Shown: positions 13,680 through 26,389 of the stretch, one piece after another
Position numbering within the stretch: the stretch's first letter is position 1
How the letters are laid out: every line of letters begins with the position of its first letter
Source of the DNA: Dicyema japonicum
Taxonomy: Eukaryota; Animalia; Dicyemida
Direction of reading: 5' to 3'
Assembly (NCBI GenBank): GCA_011109175.1
Contig: RDEW01000004.1
Span: 1,903,105 to 1,967,104, forward strand
Length of the DNA: 64,000 bases
Notes under the pieces: model-generated
Told to the model about the DNA's origin: nothing
Databases searched by the model: none
What the model saw: the letters and a program-made list of their open reading frames with translations, nothing else
Made by a program: the position numbers and the translations under genes

Positions 13680-13970
13680 CCGGATACACCGAGAAGTAAG
13701 TTACAAATAAACAACTAGTTAAGTGTACCCAGTTTTTACTGCTACAGAAACAGAGTCCACCCCGAACCATCATAAAAGGTAAAAGACGTCCATTACTTGC
13801 AGTTGTGGAAACCCCTCCAATGGAGTTGGGGAGAGCAAATGATCCTTTTTTGTGCCAATATGGCACTGATCACATGACGCCACTCTAGTAGGTAAGGGAA
13901 AGAGAAGGAACAGACAAAACAAACAGAAAACTTCAACCAATTAGTCACGTAGCACCACATAGCGCCAAGG
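13680..13970 (-). repeat. SINE-like family copy (head + core + tail A)
   Basis: Shares head TGTGGTGCYAYGTG-CTA, core GTGGCGTCATGTGATC (13868-13883) and tail AAAAAGGATCATTTG...GGAGGGGTTTCCACAACTGC with the 19795-20114 and 42640-42850 copies. Confidence 0.65.
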
Positions 13971-14083
13971 AGAGATATAAAATCCAAAAGGTTTAAATTA
14001 ATTATATATTAATAAAATATTATTTTTTATAAATTTCACTTCGAACCGAAATAGGAATAAAATGTGAAAACATTAAAACTAAA

Positions 14084-14559
14084 ATGGTATTGCAAGAAAA
14101 GGACAGGTACTGTTAAATCGTAAAGTTGAAGACTCCCAGCTCACGTCTACGAGTACCTCCACCATATTGGAGCGGGCGAAATAGCCGAGAATTTTATAAA
14201 AGAGGTACAGATTTGATTAAATTTAGATTAAATACGAAGGACCAGTACAGATTGGAGAGTCTCCTGGCTTTCTTAAACAATGGTGGGAGTAAGTGATTTA
14301 TGGAAACTTTAGTATCTTCTATCCTATCTACTTCGACTGCACAAATCCTCCAAGTTTTGCTGATCCTCACCTTGAAGTACCTAGTTTGTTAACAGATATG
14401 CCGTACTTTAACGAATCCCACTTTAATTACCCAACAGACCTGGATTCCTTCACGATTCCATTCCTTGGGCAGGACACTATGCTACAACCACCGTTTTCAG
14501 GTTACCCCCAATTCCCATATGAGGAGTTTAATTCTAACTCACTACACAATCAGAATTAG
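14084..14559 (+). CDS. SSBP3-like: SSBP/SSDP-family (LUFS/LisH) transcriptional cofactor, 134 aa; join(14084..14106,14132..14204,14227..14288,14313..14559)
   Basis: Removing three GT-AG introns of 25, 22 and 24 nt gives a 405-nt open frame: MVLQEKDRLPAHVYEYLHHIGAGEIAENFIKEIKYEGPVQIGESPGFLKQWWDIFYPIY... This matches the SSDP LUFS consensus [51 protein letters not shown]. Confidence 0.9.
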
Positions 14560-14699
14560 TTTTAAATATTGATTTCTGTTATTTGCTTCACTTAAATTTA
14601 ATTTTTGGTTGATAAAATGGAATAATTATTTTTGGATATTTGCATTTGTGGATGCTGATGTCACTAATTTCCCTGAAACAAAAGTGGATGTTGTTAGAT

Positions 14700-14990
14700 T
14701 GTTATTAGTAAAGCTCTCTAAGAAACCCTAATTGAAGAGATCAGAGACCATCCGGGGAAACTCACCGGTCAGACGCTTCAATGTCTCGGCCTTTCCAGCG
14801 ATTGAACAAGCATTGTTAGCAATCTGAGGGAAGATGTTAGAAGTAAAATTTTCCTACACATAACGTCCAGTCTAGGGACTTCCCAGCACCAAACGGAAAT
14901 ATGGTCATTTCATCCGGACGTTTTCCATCTCCACCATTTATCTAGAATGACAGACTACCTAGTCTCAAGCTTGAAACTATGAGACCTTTA
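14700..14990 (-). mobile_element. CRE-like RLE endonuclease fragment
   Basis: Minus strand DGKRPDEMTIFPFGAGKSLDW, matching KRPDG-T-Pw-GK-L-WD. Confidence 0.6.
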
Positions 14991-15599
14991 AAATAATTAA
15001 AACTGATTATTAGTCATCTTTTATATTTTGCATTAATATTCAGATTATATTCAATAGGTCACATAATATTATTACATTTGGTACGTTTATCAGCTAAAAC
15101 AAAAAATTGAAGTTAGAGGGCCACAGCCATAACTGGGTGGCTAAAATTTTAATACCAAGCATCGTTCGCGGGAATCTTCCACTTACATTATATTTTTTCT
15201 ATTCAATCCCTTTAAATATTTTTTTGATATTATTGGTAAAAATATGAGATTTGGGAGGATATGTCACGTGGTTTTATCGTTGGTTTGTTTCTTTAATTAA
15301 CCAGGGGTTAAAGTTATTTAAACCAATTGGTTAATTGGTCGGAGGATTGAGGTGGCGTACCTCTATCGCACGAGATATCAACTTCCCTTCATGACGGATG
15401 AAACCCCATGTTTTCATTCTCGTGAGCATGGACGAGGCAATCGACTCAGGAGAAATCGGAAACCTTAAGTTCTAAACAAAGGAAGTGAGCGTTGGATGCT
15501 CTTAATAATCCTGTGCGGCCAAAAATTGGAAGAGTACGAGGGATCATCTGTGAGCAGCTACACATATATGGTGATACTCGATAATCCCTCACCTTATAA

Positions 15600-17690
15600 A
15601 TTATTAGTTTTTTTTATTTAACCCAAAACCACGGTAAAAACAAATTAATTATCACGTGATCCCGATGCATTCTAACAGAGACCTCATCTTTGCCCGGTGT
15701 TCTTCCTTCGTGCCCGCGCATGAACGTACAGGACGGCTGCCTGAATTTTCAGGTCCACCTTCCCGTGATCTGGAGTCTAGTCTCATAAGGGCCTCCAGAG
15801 GCGTAGGTCCGGTTCGATGATCACAAATCCAACGCTCCGTTACTCCGTAAACCGTCTTTTGCAGTTCCTCAATTTTCCTCATATTTGTCCAAGACATGGA
15901 CGGTCCCCACGAGGCGCATGCATATGAGAAACATGGCTCGATGTACTGTTTGTACACGTTCATCACGACTGGGTGAGTACCACTCTTCCATATTCCCGAT
16001 AAAATATTCAATACGTTCAGTTTCTTCTCGCATTTCAATAGAATGTTTTCTACGTGTGGTGTCAAACAGAGATGCATATCAATTGTCACACCCAAGATCT
16101 TTTGACATCTGTTGAAATGGATGTCGACCTTGTTTAACTTCAAGGTGACTGTCTTCCTTCCCAATCTTTTGTCAAAGGTATTCAGGCATTAAGCCTATCC
16201 AGGTTAATTTGTAATCTTTCTGTGGCCTTCTAAATGTCCTGATCTCGCGAAGCCAACAAAATATCGCTCAATCTGATTTCTCATCCTCTCTTGTACGCCT
16301 TTTGGATCCAACGCGGCTTCCCTGTGGGATGATTTGGGAATAGAAATTGGAGCGGGGTGATGTATATCTTTTTCATAAGACACGTCATGGCTGTGTAATT
16401 TGGTAGTTGTAGTTCATGCACAGGGAAACAAATCCCTTTCCATTTTGTCGGATAAGGTATTCAAGTGATGGGTGGATTAATTTTTTAGTTCCCAAAAATA
16501 CTAATATTAGTGGCTATTAAGGACTGAATGTCGCTGATTTTATGTTTGTTCGTCCAGGACAGATTGATTCCCATGACACACAGGCATAGCTGACAGATGG
16601 CTCAATGAATTGTTGTACAATAACTTCAATGCTGGAAAAGGGGTTTTAGTGCCACCAAAAATAGATTTGATTATCCCTAGCTTTCTTGAGCAGCTTCCGA
16701 GGATGCCGTCTACATGAGATGAAAAGGGCATGTGTGTGTTGAAGGTGATCCCAAGATTTTCAGTTTTTTCGTGGAAGGTAATTTTGTCTGGTTGATAAAT
16801 GTATACACGGTTATTTGTCCAAGGTAAATAAGGAGGAAGATAATTTTCAGCAGACATATCAAGTCGGTTACGAATGTCGTTCCCGAATTATGGAAAAATA
16901 ATTTTATTTTATTAAACCAAAAAACAACCTTCATATCCAAAAAACCAAATTCAGGTGATCCCAGCCTCCCTTAGCAGTCTTCGTATCTTTTCTCGGTGTT
17001 CCGACTGAGTTCCTGCGCATTTTCGAAATGGACGGGGTCCGCATACCCGATTCCTACGCAGGAGCACTGTTCCACTCGCCTCTATCATATTTTCTAGGTT
17101 TCTAGGCAAGATTTCCACTCGGAATATTTCCTTAGTAGGTTTGCTGCCTTCACTTAAATGTTGGATGTCTTGTCCAAATTCCTTGAAGAAAGGTTAGATC
17201 CCCAGATATTACATGCGTATCCTATTGTAGCCTCGATGAACTGTTTGTATATGACATCCAGACCACTCAGATCTTTTATGTCTCTTTGGTCTCCCAAGAA
17301 CGCTTTCAGGAAGTTGATTTTCCTCGTACAAATCAATAACATATTTTCGACATGTTTTGTAAAGGTTAAGGTGTCAAAGGTGAACCCCATGATTTTCTGG
17401 TATTTTTAGGGGATAATCTTCCCATCCAATTTGACGTCAATTGATACTTTCCCTAGTCTTCTGTTTGTCGTGAATAAGGTTGACACCGACTTCTCTGGGC
17501 TAGCAGTCAATTGATTTTCCCAAAGCCATAATTCATATTGTCTTGTATTCTTCTCGTTGCTTCCACAATACTTACATCCCTCGAGGCAATGACTATATCA
17601 TCAGCATACGTTAATAGTAAGTCATCGTCCCTCTGAGGGAGTGGCAAGTCATCCATCATAACGTGAACAGTAGGGGAGATAATGGATAAA
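15600..17690 (-). mobile_element. three tandem 5'-truncated Jockey/I-like LINE fragments (~15600-16170, ~16500-16860, ~16900-17690)
   Basis: Each carries the RT thumb pattern (ILGVTID/LGITFN/MGFTFD..F..HV...IE....YAC..WG). YADD at 17597-17608. Two end in GIT-stop followed by a T-rich 3'UTR and AATAAA. Confidence 0.8.
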
Positions 17691-17779
17691 AATAATTCAC
17701 CATATCGATACGCAAATCAAACAAGCTCACTTGTTGTTTGCTAGGGTTCTCAATAAGTCAAAGTCGTCGGCGGATTCGA

Positions 17780-19250
17780 GTAGTTTTTAACCCTTTTTAG
17801 CTCCTTTTGAAGGACAAAAGACACTGTTACTCTAGACCTTTCATGGAAACGACTCTATTGACAAAATAGTAATCTTCCATAGCTCTGTTCGGTGGGGATG
17901 CCAATCCATCCTCAGAATGTGGCCAAATAGTCTTCAGCGAAATTCAATTACCTCCAGGCTTGTTGGCTTAGATCCGCATTTTTTTATATTCATTTACATG
18001 AGATTCTGGTCCACCACCCCTGTTATTTTTCTCGCCGGCTCCTGTCTCACTTCCTTATTTAAAGTAGCCCAGGTCCCAGTGTTGTATAGCAGAATAGGTT
18101 TTATAAGCGAATTGTATAGCTGTATCCATATTTTGATGCTGATCCATTTTCGTTTAATCCATAGATTATTTATGCATAACCGCATTTACTAGGGTTTTTC
18201 TTCGTATAATATCTTCACTTTTTCATAGAAGGGGACTGAGTTTTTATGTCCCAAGAATGCGCTCCGTCTTCGGAAATTAAGTCGACGTTGTCTAAATAGA
18301 TTAATATGAGTTCCCTCATAGCTCTTTCCAAATAGTAATTGAGAGTCTCCTTGAGGGGTGCATGTATTTATGTTAACTATACTTGAGTAGGTCTTTCCGA
18401 CTTTCACAAAGAGCTCAGTACTGGATAGTAGAATTCTTATCAGTCTCAGGCTTGACTCATCGAGATATTGTTCCAGTACCTCCATTAATTTATGCCAATG
18501 ACCGTGTCAAAAGATAACTCTATCCCCAGAATGTTGGTGGCGTTATTCTATCTTTGATGCGTTGCACGCCTCCATCCGTGATTCAAAATCGCATCGGCTG
18601 TTGATCTCTCTTCTCAAAATCCACTTTGACTTTCATGTAGTCCTTTTATTCGTTCCATCACAATATTTTCAAGTACTTTACGTAAGGAGTTTAGTAGCGT
18701 AAGTTTTCAAGTGGTCCTTTAGCTGTAATAATTTACTGTATTGGAATTAATAATCTGATCCCTATAGATAGAGTAGAGCAGGTGGTAGACATGTCATTTA
18801 ATAGGGTTGTAATTTTATCATACAGGCGATGATGCCCCCACACCGGGAATCCTATAGTTTTTAGTTTATTGGCAATCCATCAAAAGGAGAAATTGATGTA
18901 GCATTCACATTAAACATCTTCGTGAAATGGTCTGCAATAAGATTGACTTGTTCTTCTGGGTTCAATATTAATTTCCCATTCCATCCTTAATATCTTTTCA
19001 GTTTATCGAAACACTCGTATTGCTGTGTACATTTATGTATTATCTTGCTTACTTCATTTAATGGAGATAATAATTTATCTGGAACTTGTTTCTTGTTCAG
19101 TTTATTTATATTCGCTATAATATGCTGTCTCACCTTAGAGGATTTTCTCATACTATCATCAGTTGATTTTTTCTTGCATATATCTTTAATGTTCCTCGCT
19201 AGCTCAGCGACCTCTAGGTAAAACGACATCATGTAAGTCTTACACTTCTC
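17780..19250 (-). mobile_element. RTE-like LINE relic
   Basis: ORFs 18189-18485 (TPQGDS) and 17994-18185 (LYNSLIKPILLYNTGTW), plus KGP-ENLR-LLN near 18690-18740. Confidence 0.7.
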
Positions 19251-19794
19251 TCTTGTGCCAAGGTAATAAAGGTCAGGAATCTCTTACTGAGACGTCCGTC
19301 GATACATCCAGTAGATGAGTCTCAATGTATTCTTGGTAGCTTTTTGTTGTCCTGGATAGTATGTTTTGTTAAGCAATTACCATCCTGTGGTCACTGACGG
19401 TTGTCGAACCTCGTACGAACTTGAGTTTGAGAGTGTTTGTGTTTAATCCGACACATAACATAGTCAAACTAGTTCTATATAAGAACCAGCTTCCCACCTG
19501 AATTTCTCCACTTTCCCTTCCACGTAGTTTTGTGACAGGCAGGATACATGAATGCAGTATTACACGTGAAAAGATTATTTTCGACGTAGGAATAGCTTAG
19601 TATAGTTCCAGATAAGTTTTTTTCCCACGTCCATGATTCCCCATAAAAAACTTTATTATATTTTCTATTTCGTTTAACAAACTAATATAATAAATTATGA
19701 CCTCCGCATATTCAGGTACTCTCTATAGCGATCGTGAGGGCCAACTTAACAAGTCAGTAGGAATAAAATAATTACTTTTGGTTTTTTTCTATAA

Positions 19795-20114
19795 TTATTA
19801 ACCCCAGATACACTGAGAAAGAAGTAAACAGTTAATTGAGTGTATCCAGTTTCCTCTATCACAGAAAAAGAGTCCTTCAAAGTCAAACAAATCCATACAG
19901 AATCAGCATAAAAGGTAGAAGACATTCATGCAGTTTTGGAAACTCCTCCAGTTAAGTGTTGGATATCAAATGATTTTTTTTCGTGACACCCTGGCACTGG
20001 GCGCCACCAGATACAGGTGGATTACATTACGCCACCCTAGTAGGAAAGGAGAGAGGAGGAACAGACAAAACAAACATAAATCTTCAATCGAGTAGACACA
20101 TGGCACCACACGGC
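19795..20114 (-). repeat. SINE-like family copy (head + core + tail A)
   Basis: Aligns with 13680-13970. Core GGCGTAATGTAATCC...ATCTGGTGGCGCCCAGTGCC at 19993-20035. Confidence 0.65.
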
Positions 20115-20280
20115 TTTATCTTGTTTTTATAATAAGTAAAATAAAAATATATAATAAATATGTCTTTATTTAAAATATAAACCAAAACTAGATTAGTCAA
20201 AGAAATATTTTTCCCTTGGTCTTAGTTTAAATTTCTTATTCTTTGTGACCTGTTTATTAGTTTTCTAAATATAGCGACTA

Positions 20281-20934
20281 TTATACTGCAACTTTTAAAT
20301 TACTTGCCGGTCCCAAATTCAGAAGATCTAATCCATCTTCGTCCTCGTCTTTCAATAAAACACACCATCTAACATATAATAGTAATATATCTCTGTCCTC
20401 GCTTTTTTTATTCTTAGTGGTCCTTTTTTCCGTAGAAACAGGGTTCCTTCTTTTGTTCGATTGGCGTGACACAGTCGAACCAATTTTACTAACTGGTGTG
20501 CTAGTGTCCAACTGACTTTGCTAGCCAAACAAACTGGTTTCATGTTTTTTAAGTCCTGCTTGTACAACTCGACTTGTTTCTTTGCTCTTTCGATAAATTT
20601 ATCTTTTCTTAGTAATTCGTCGTCTTTCTGTGATATTCTACTGTTAGAGTTTTTTTTGATCTGCCATATAAACCCACTTTTACAGAGTGATTCTTAAAAT
20701 TATTAACTTCTAAAGCAATCTTCTCAGACAGTCCGTCATATTCTTCCTGATTTTTAATTAATTTTATCGCATTTTCCGTTTTCTCATTTCTTTGTCTAAA
20801 AGTTCCATCGTCTCTGACAAATCCTCCTTTATTCTCTCCATACTCATATATTCCTGCTTCATTCTAGCGATTTGATGTCCTTTATTTTTATCGAGATTCC
20901 CTCCCGTCTCGCTTGCACTTCTAGTCTTAATTAT
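20281..20934 (-). CDS. coiled-coil protein of unknown identity, spliced; introns 20796-20818, 20661-20683 and 20512-20534; 5' end unresolved
   Basis: Three consecutive 23-nt GT-AG introns each switch to exactly the open frame. Internal exons are 112 and 126 nt. Product: ...RMKQEYMSMERIKEDL|QRNEKTENAIKLIK...NHS|IKKNS...DDELLRKDKFIERAKKQVELYKQDLKNMKP|LDTSTPVSK...LKVAV*. Confidence 0.7.
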
Positions 20935-21774
20935 CTAGTTATAGTCCATTACTGGCCGTATGACGCAGTGTAACGAGTGCCGGGCAAGCGGCCTAGTTAG
21001 AATCCCGTTGCTGTACATTTCTGTTGAAAGTTCCATGAATCTACGATGCTTTGGTTTGACGAGTGACGCCGTCATCAGTGAAAATTTTAGTGCGGAACTG
21101 GATCGTCTATAAAGCACCCAACAAAACGGGAAAAAAAGAAGAGCATTCATTGGTTCTCCGTCTACGATTTGTTATAATAACTGTTCTTTACTTAAATAAG
21201 TGTGTGTCCTGCCTGAGCGGAGATATAGCTAATATGACTGCGTACAAGGGCAGTTCATTACTTTCAAATAAATGAATTTCCATCAAACCATGCTTAAAAG
21301 TGTTAAAAATTTGAAGGTTAGAAATAGACCTCTATTTTATTATAGTAATGTAAAAATTAATGGAAATGACATACTTTCAATTCGAAAATAGCCAAAAAGT
21401 GACCCGATGTGGGAGAATTAAGGATTTTTCAGTCATTACATTGGGGTACTAGGCATCACTGTAAGATATGTCTTACGAGAAGCCTTTTATATACTTTCAT
21501 CACACTAAACTATATTATTTTACTGCCCCAAGATCACTGGGATGTCTTCAGCTAGCTAAGTGACCCCTTAAAGGGAGGTTGAATCTGATCGGGACGAAGA
21601 TGATTCAGCAGAATAGCAGAAGAAAGTGAAAAATTAATTTCTATAACAGAAAATTCAATAAAAATGTGATTTTTATAATTTATATTTTAATTCACTAAAA
21701 CAAAAAATACAAAAAAAAACTTGTTAAAACGATTTCCCCGTCATAAAAACCATTTAGTGAACTATGCCACCTGG

Positions 21775-22105
21775 CGCCAACGTTAGTGTAATTCTATGTG
21801 TCTACTTGATTTGAAAATTATTTGTTTGTTTCTTTTGTGAATCATCTTCTCTTTTATCTCTAGGGAGTTTGAATTGTCAGCATACGTCATGTGGTTCATT
21901 ATCTCTGGTGGCTCCAGACATAATCCTAAATTATATCCAAAAAGACCATTAGACATCAAACATCCAGAGGAGTTCCCTCTGGATGGCACTTTCTTCGAGC
22001 ATGCAAAGATTTCTGAAGGAGCCCGGGATCACCTAAATTTGTGTCATTCTGGCTATGACAATGTTTTCTGGTTCAATAAATTCAATTTAAAGTTTAAATA
22101 ATGAT
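21775..22105 (+). repeat. SINE-like family copy (head + core + LINE-derived tail B)
   Basis: Head ATGTGTCTACTTGATTTGAA..TTTGTTTGTT matches the 20114 copy. Core ACGTCATGTGGTTC..ATCTCTGGTGGCTCC at 21884-21915. Tail GGGATCACCT...TTCTGGTTCAATAAA. Confidence 0.65.
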
Positions 22106-22289
22106 TAAATGTTTGGTTAAAGAAGAAAATTGGTTCATTGAGTGCATTTCTTTACAAATCATCGGGGGAAATGCGTTCTTGTTTCTGAGAGCAGCCAGTA
22201 GTTGTTAACTGTTAGTTTTAATTTATTTTGGTTTTTAAAAAAGTATTGTATCAATATATTCTCTAGTGAGCACAGATATCTGTACATTA

Positions 22290-22770
22290 AAAGAGACTCG
22301 TTCCTTCAAAGGTTAATTAAGCAAAGTTTTCGAGCCCTTGAGGCTGCGGGATTTCCGGCCCAATTGGAACCTTTGGGCTTAGACAGAGGCGACCTGAAGA
22401 GGCCGGATGGCATGACGTTACTCCAATACTCCCACGGAAAATCACTCGTCTGGGACGCAACATGTGTGAACACTTTCTCAGGGGCCAGATTGTTGATGGT
22501 GACGCACTCTCTTGAAGACGCAGCCGACCAGGCCGAGGCCAAGAAGATCTGTAAATACGAATCCCTCGGAGACCAATACCATTTCACCCTCATTGCTGTG
22601 GAGACAACTGGAACCGTGGGAGCGAAGACAGACGCTTTTCTCTCCAGTATTGCAAGCAAACTCGCCTCAAAAAGGTGTGAGCCATGGAAGAGGCTCTGGT
22701 TGAGGCAGAGGCTTTAAATTGCGATTATCAGAGGTAGCGCCTTCGCCATTCTGTCGTCCTAGTTATTTAT
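22290..22770 (+). mobile_element. CRE-like retrotransposon 3' end (RLE endonuclease)
   Basis: ORF 22202-22717: LEPLGLDRGDLKRPDGMTL...GKSLVWDATCVNT...KICKYESL...VETTGTVG...WLRQRL, then IAIIRGSA and an AT-rich tail. Confidence 0.85.
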
Positions 22771-24599
22771 AATTTTAAAAATAAATTCTCTTAGAATAAG
22801 CAAAATAACCGAAGTCTCCTGAAAATCAAACAATCGAAGAAAATATTGTACTAACAATTTGCACGTTCAAGACAGATCATTTGGGATTTGGAATTTCTGT
22901 CCGCTAAAACTCTAGACAATTTTGTCTACAGGATATCCGTTCAGTTAGTCTCACAATTCAGTTAATCTCAAAATTCCTCTGTCGAGAGATCTGGTTACGC
23001 AGTGAGATGTTCACTAAGTCACCACTTAGAATAAGAGGAAACTATTCTCGGAAAACAGTAAGTGTGGCGTATTTACTTTGATAAGTTGTTTGATCGAATT
23101 TGTCTGTCCCAAATAACTGTATTCAATGACAGTGTTGTTTCACTAAAGTACATCATACAAGAATCTAAGAGCAAGTTAAAGCAGCCCAATGTCGAAGTAT
23201 AGATCGTTTCTAACATTTAAATTTAAACCTGGGTACCATCGAACGGAAAATTAAAATTCTAAAGACCTTATCTGGAATATGGAAGGTCTGTACCCACTCA
23301 GTAGTAAAGAACATATACAAGCATTACATCGGGCCATGCGCTTCGTGGGGATCATCCATAATAATATTGTTCTTGCTTTTGCATTTGAAAGTTTCAAAGA
23401 ACAAATAAAACGTGGTCAAAGAACAGTGGCGAATCTTCGATTTTAAAGAAAAACAGGATCGTCTTTTCCGGTGAGTTTACTGATCTTCCCAAATTTCGAA
23501 TCCGTGTTATTTTGACATATATTTTTAAAGTCTAAATTTTGACAAAATATGTCTCGGAGGACCAGGTTGATTCTCCAGCTATGTGTAAGACTTTGAAGAA
23601 TATAACTCCTTTTGATGAATGCAAGTGTAAGTATCTAACTGAGTTTAAGTTCTTCTCTAACAAAAATCGAACCTACTGAGGATTTTAAGAATAATAAAAT
23701 ACTAATTTAGACTCGGAAAACCAGCCTAATCGGATATTCTAATCTTGGAAAGAAACAAAGATGAAGAAAATTCTATCGCTTTTCTGATCTTTGAATCTCC
23801 TGAATTTTGTATATTCGGTGATCCAACCAGATAAATCCATATTCATTGAGAAACTAACAAATCAATACAAAATAAAGCATTTTGTAATCAAAGTAATCAT
23901 TAAGGAGGAAATATCATTTGAGAGAATAACTGAATCGAATAAAATATGCAGAAAAGCAAAAAATTGTGTCAGGAATCGTATCAAGGGGGCTTGTTTGGTG
24001 TTATTGAGCGGACTTTTGATGTTTTCACGGACGTTTCAAATCCACGTATGCCGAAAACTTTATTTTTAAGCCAAATCGGGAGATTCAAAGACTAAAGCAA
24101 AGGATAAAAACAAAGGTATGGTAAACGAGGGGTAGAGTGAGTGGAAGTACCTTAGATATTCCAATTTGGACTGCAAAATCCTGTCAAGATAAAACCCAGC
24201 ATGATTTGCACAGTACCGAGGAAATTGTAGTATAACTTACATCCGAGAGAGCATTGTTATTATCGACTGTCTGTAAATAACGGATTTGAATCAGTGTATA
24301 CTCAGTCCTATCTCTGTTTGTTAACATGTGCTCTCGTATCTCTAAGGAATCAGAAGCAAATTTACTCAATCTTCATAAAATCCAAACTTTCAATGTACAC
24401 TGAAAACATGCGAAAACAAGAAGAGGATATTGGTTTTTAGAATTTAGTAAAATTAGCCCAAATGATAGAGCTGAAGGAACTTCAAGAAACACAGTTGATT
24501 GAACAAATGAGTACGATATTTATTTTGATTTTTTAAATCACCAAGAAAGTATTAACTCGCTAATTAGGTGATCACAGCTTCAACATCTCTCGAATTTTC

Positions 24600-25440
24600 T
24601 CCGAATGCTCACCCGAGATCCAACTAAACTCCAGAAGTGTCTGTTTTATGCCTGAAAAAGAATTCTATCTGAGTGCACTTATTATTGTCTATCTGAATTC
24701 CTCCGCCCTTTCTAGATTAGGTTTCCTAGCTCCTTCCAGATAAGTAAGAAGCCCTAGCCATTTCTCTATGTCACCGCCTCTAAAAGAAGACTGGGATAGA
24801 TATGGTGTCTGGTTTCATATGCCGCATGATCTTCCGCCCAAGAGAGTTCATAATCGACTCTTTAGGCAGAGCAGGTATATTCAATTGTCGCCACAATAAT
24901 CTGAAGATATAGTTTAATGATGCAAGCTGTAGGTAAGAAGGAGCTGTTCTTTACGATAGCTTTTAGGACGTTCCACTTTCGAACCGCATTGGTTGACATT
25001 TTATCCGTGTGACTGGAGAACGTCATAAGAGAGTCGAATTTCACTCCAAAGATCTGGATTTGCGTATAAGGAATGGGAATATTTTTCCAAAAATATCTCA
25101 ATTCCACTTTAAATCTCCTTCCGTAGTAAATTTGGTGAACTTGAGGCTTGGATGTAGACACAGACAACAAATTCACGGATAGCCAGTCACATTCCGGTTG
25201 AGGTGTGACTGAACGACGTCACATCCCTTGAAGGAGATTTGTCTCTTGCAGTGCTAATCAGGTCGTCCGCGTAAAATAAAAACATAGTTTCCTGATCTTT
25301 AGTAGTTGGTAAATCGTTTAGAAATAAGTTAAATAGGAGAGGAGACAAAGGGGGACTCTGAATCTTATGGACAATTAGCCGGAGAGTTAATTGGCAGCAC
25401 TCTATGATACCTGATCTCCATTTAACGGAAACGGGCATCA
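24600..25440 (-). mobile_element. Jockey/I-like LINE fragment
   Basis: LSPLLFNLFLNDLP...FYADD (25262-25273) and FGVKFDSLMTFSSH...IEYTCSA. Confidence 0.75.
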
Positions 25441-26389
25441 TAGTGCCATTAAAGCTAGTATGAAATCCTCAGTTAAATGGAAAAAGAGTAAGTAAACATG
25501 AAACCATTGGAAATTAAGCAATAAAAAATGGAAAAGTGATTTATTCACCTAATTGTGAGATCCAATAAGGAATACAAGAAAAACTGCTGAAATAACAATT
25601 TGAGAAAGAAAAATGTTCCAAAAGAACTGAAGATTATCCGTTTGGGATGTCTCTGGACAGACTCTGAGAAGTATTCGAGTTATTTAATTAAAGAAAAGCT
25701 TAAGAAAATGAATGAATCTAAAAGAAAGGAGAAGGAGGGATTCTATTCTGATGCGGAAGACACTCTCTCGTTGCATGAAATATTTATTAGTTTGAGGTAC
25801 TTCACTATTTACAAAGATATAAAATCTACGATGGAGTCTTTTCTCTGTTAAAGGACTACCTCATATACTGGAATTGACAGAAACTTTAAATTAGTAGTTT
25901 CACAAAAAATAAAGATGAGATACGTGGAACCTCCTGACGTAACGTAGAGTAGCGAGATTCTAAGGGCATCATGACTTATCCCGGGATACATGAAATTGCG
26001 TAATCCCGGTTATATTAAGTTTTCAGATTGCGATCTATCTAATCGATTCCGAAATTTATTTTATTTAACCACCAAATCAGAATGTTTTAAACAAGAAATG
26101 AAAAATCTCTTCATTAAGGAAAATAAATAGGTCAATACGACGTTGAAAATAGTCTGAGTTTGTTCGCTAATTGTAATTTTTAAATAGAATCTGAGTAAAG
26201 GAACAAAGTAGTTAATAGATTGTTGATTGATGGAGTTCTCATTTGGAGATCGCTTTCTAATCACTAAAAGTGGACTTATGAAGAAAAAAAAGACTTTCCC
26301 CTCCTTGATCTACACTGAGACACTTTTTTGTTTATTTTATCTAAGAAATCTCAAGATCATCAAAAATAAAGTGTCAAAGACAACTGATT

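Noticed and set aside
25600-25870. Bromodomain-like spliced gene
   Set aside because: Candidate 20- and 23-nt introns exist, but no model gave a convincing domain.
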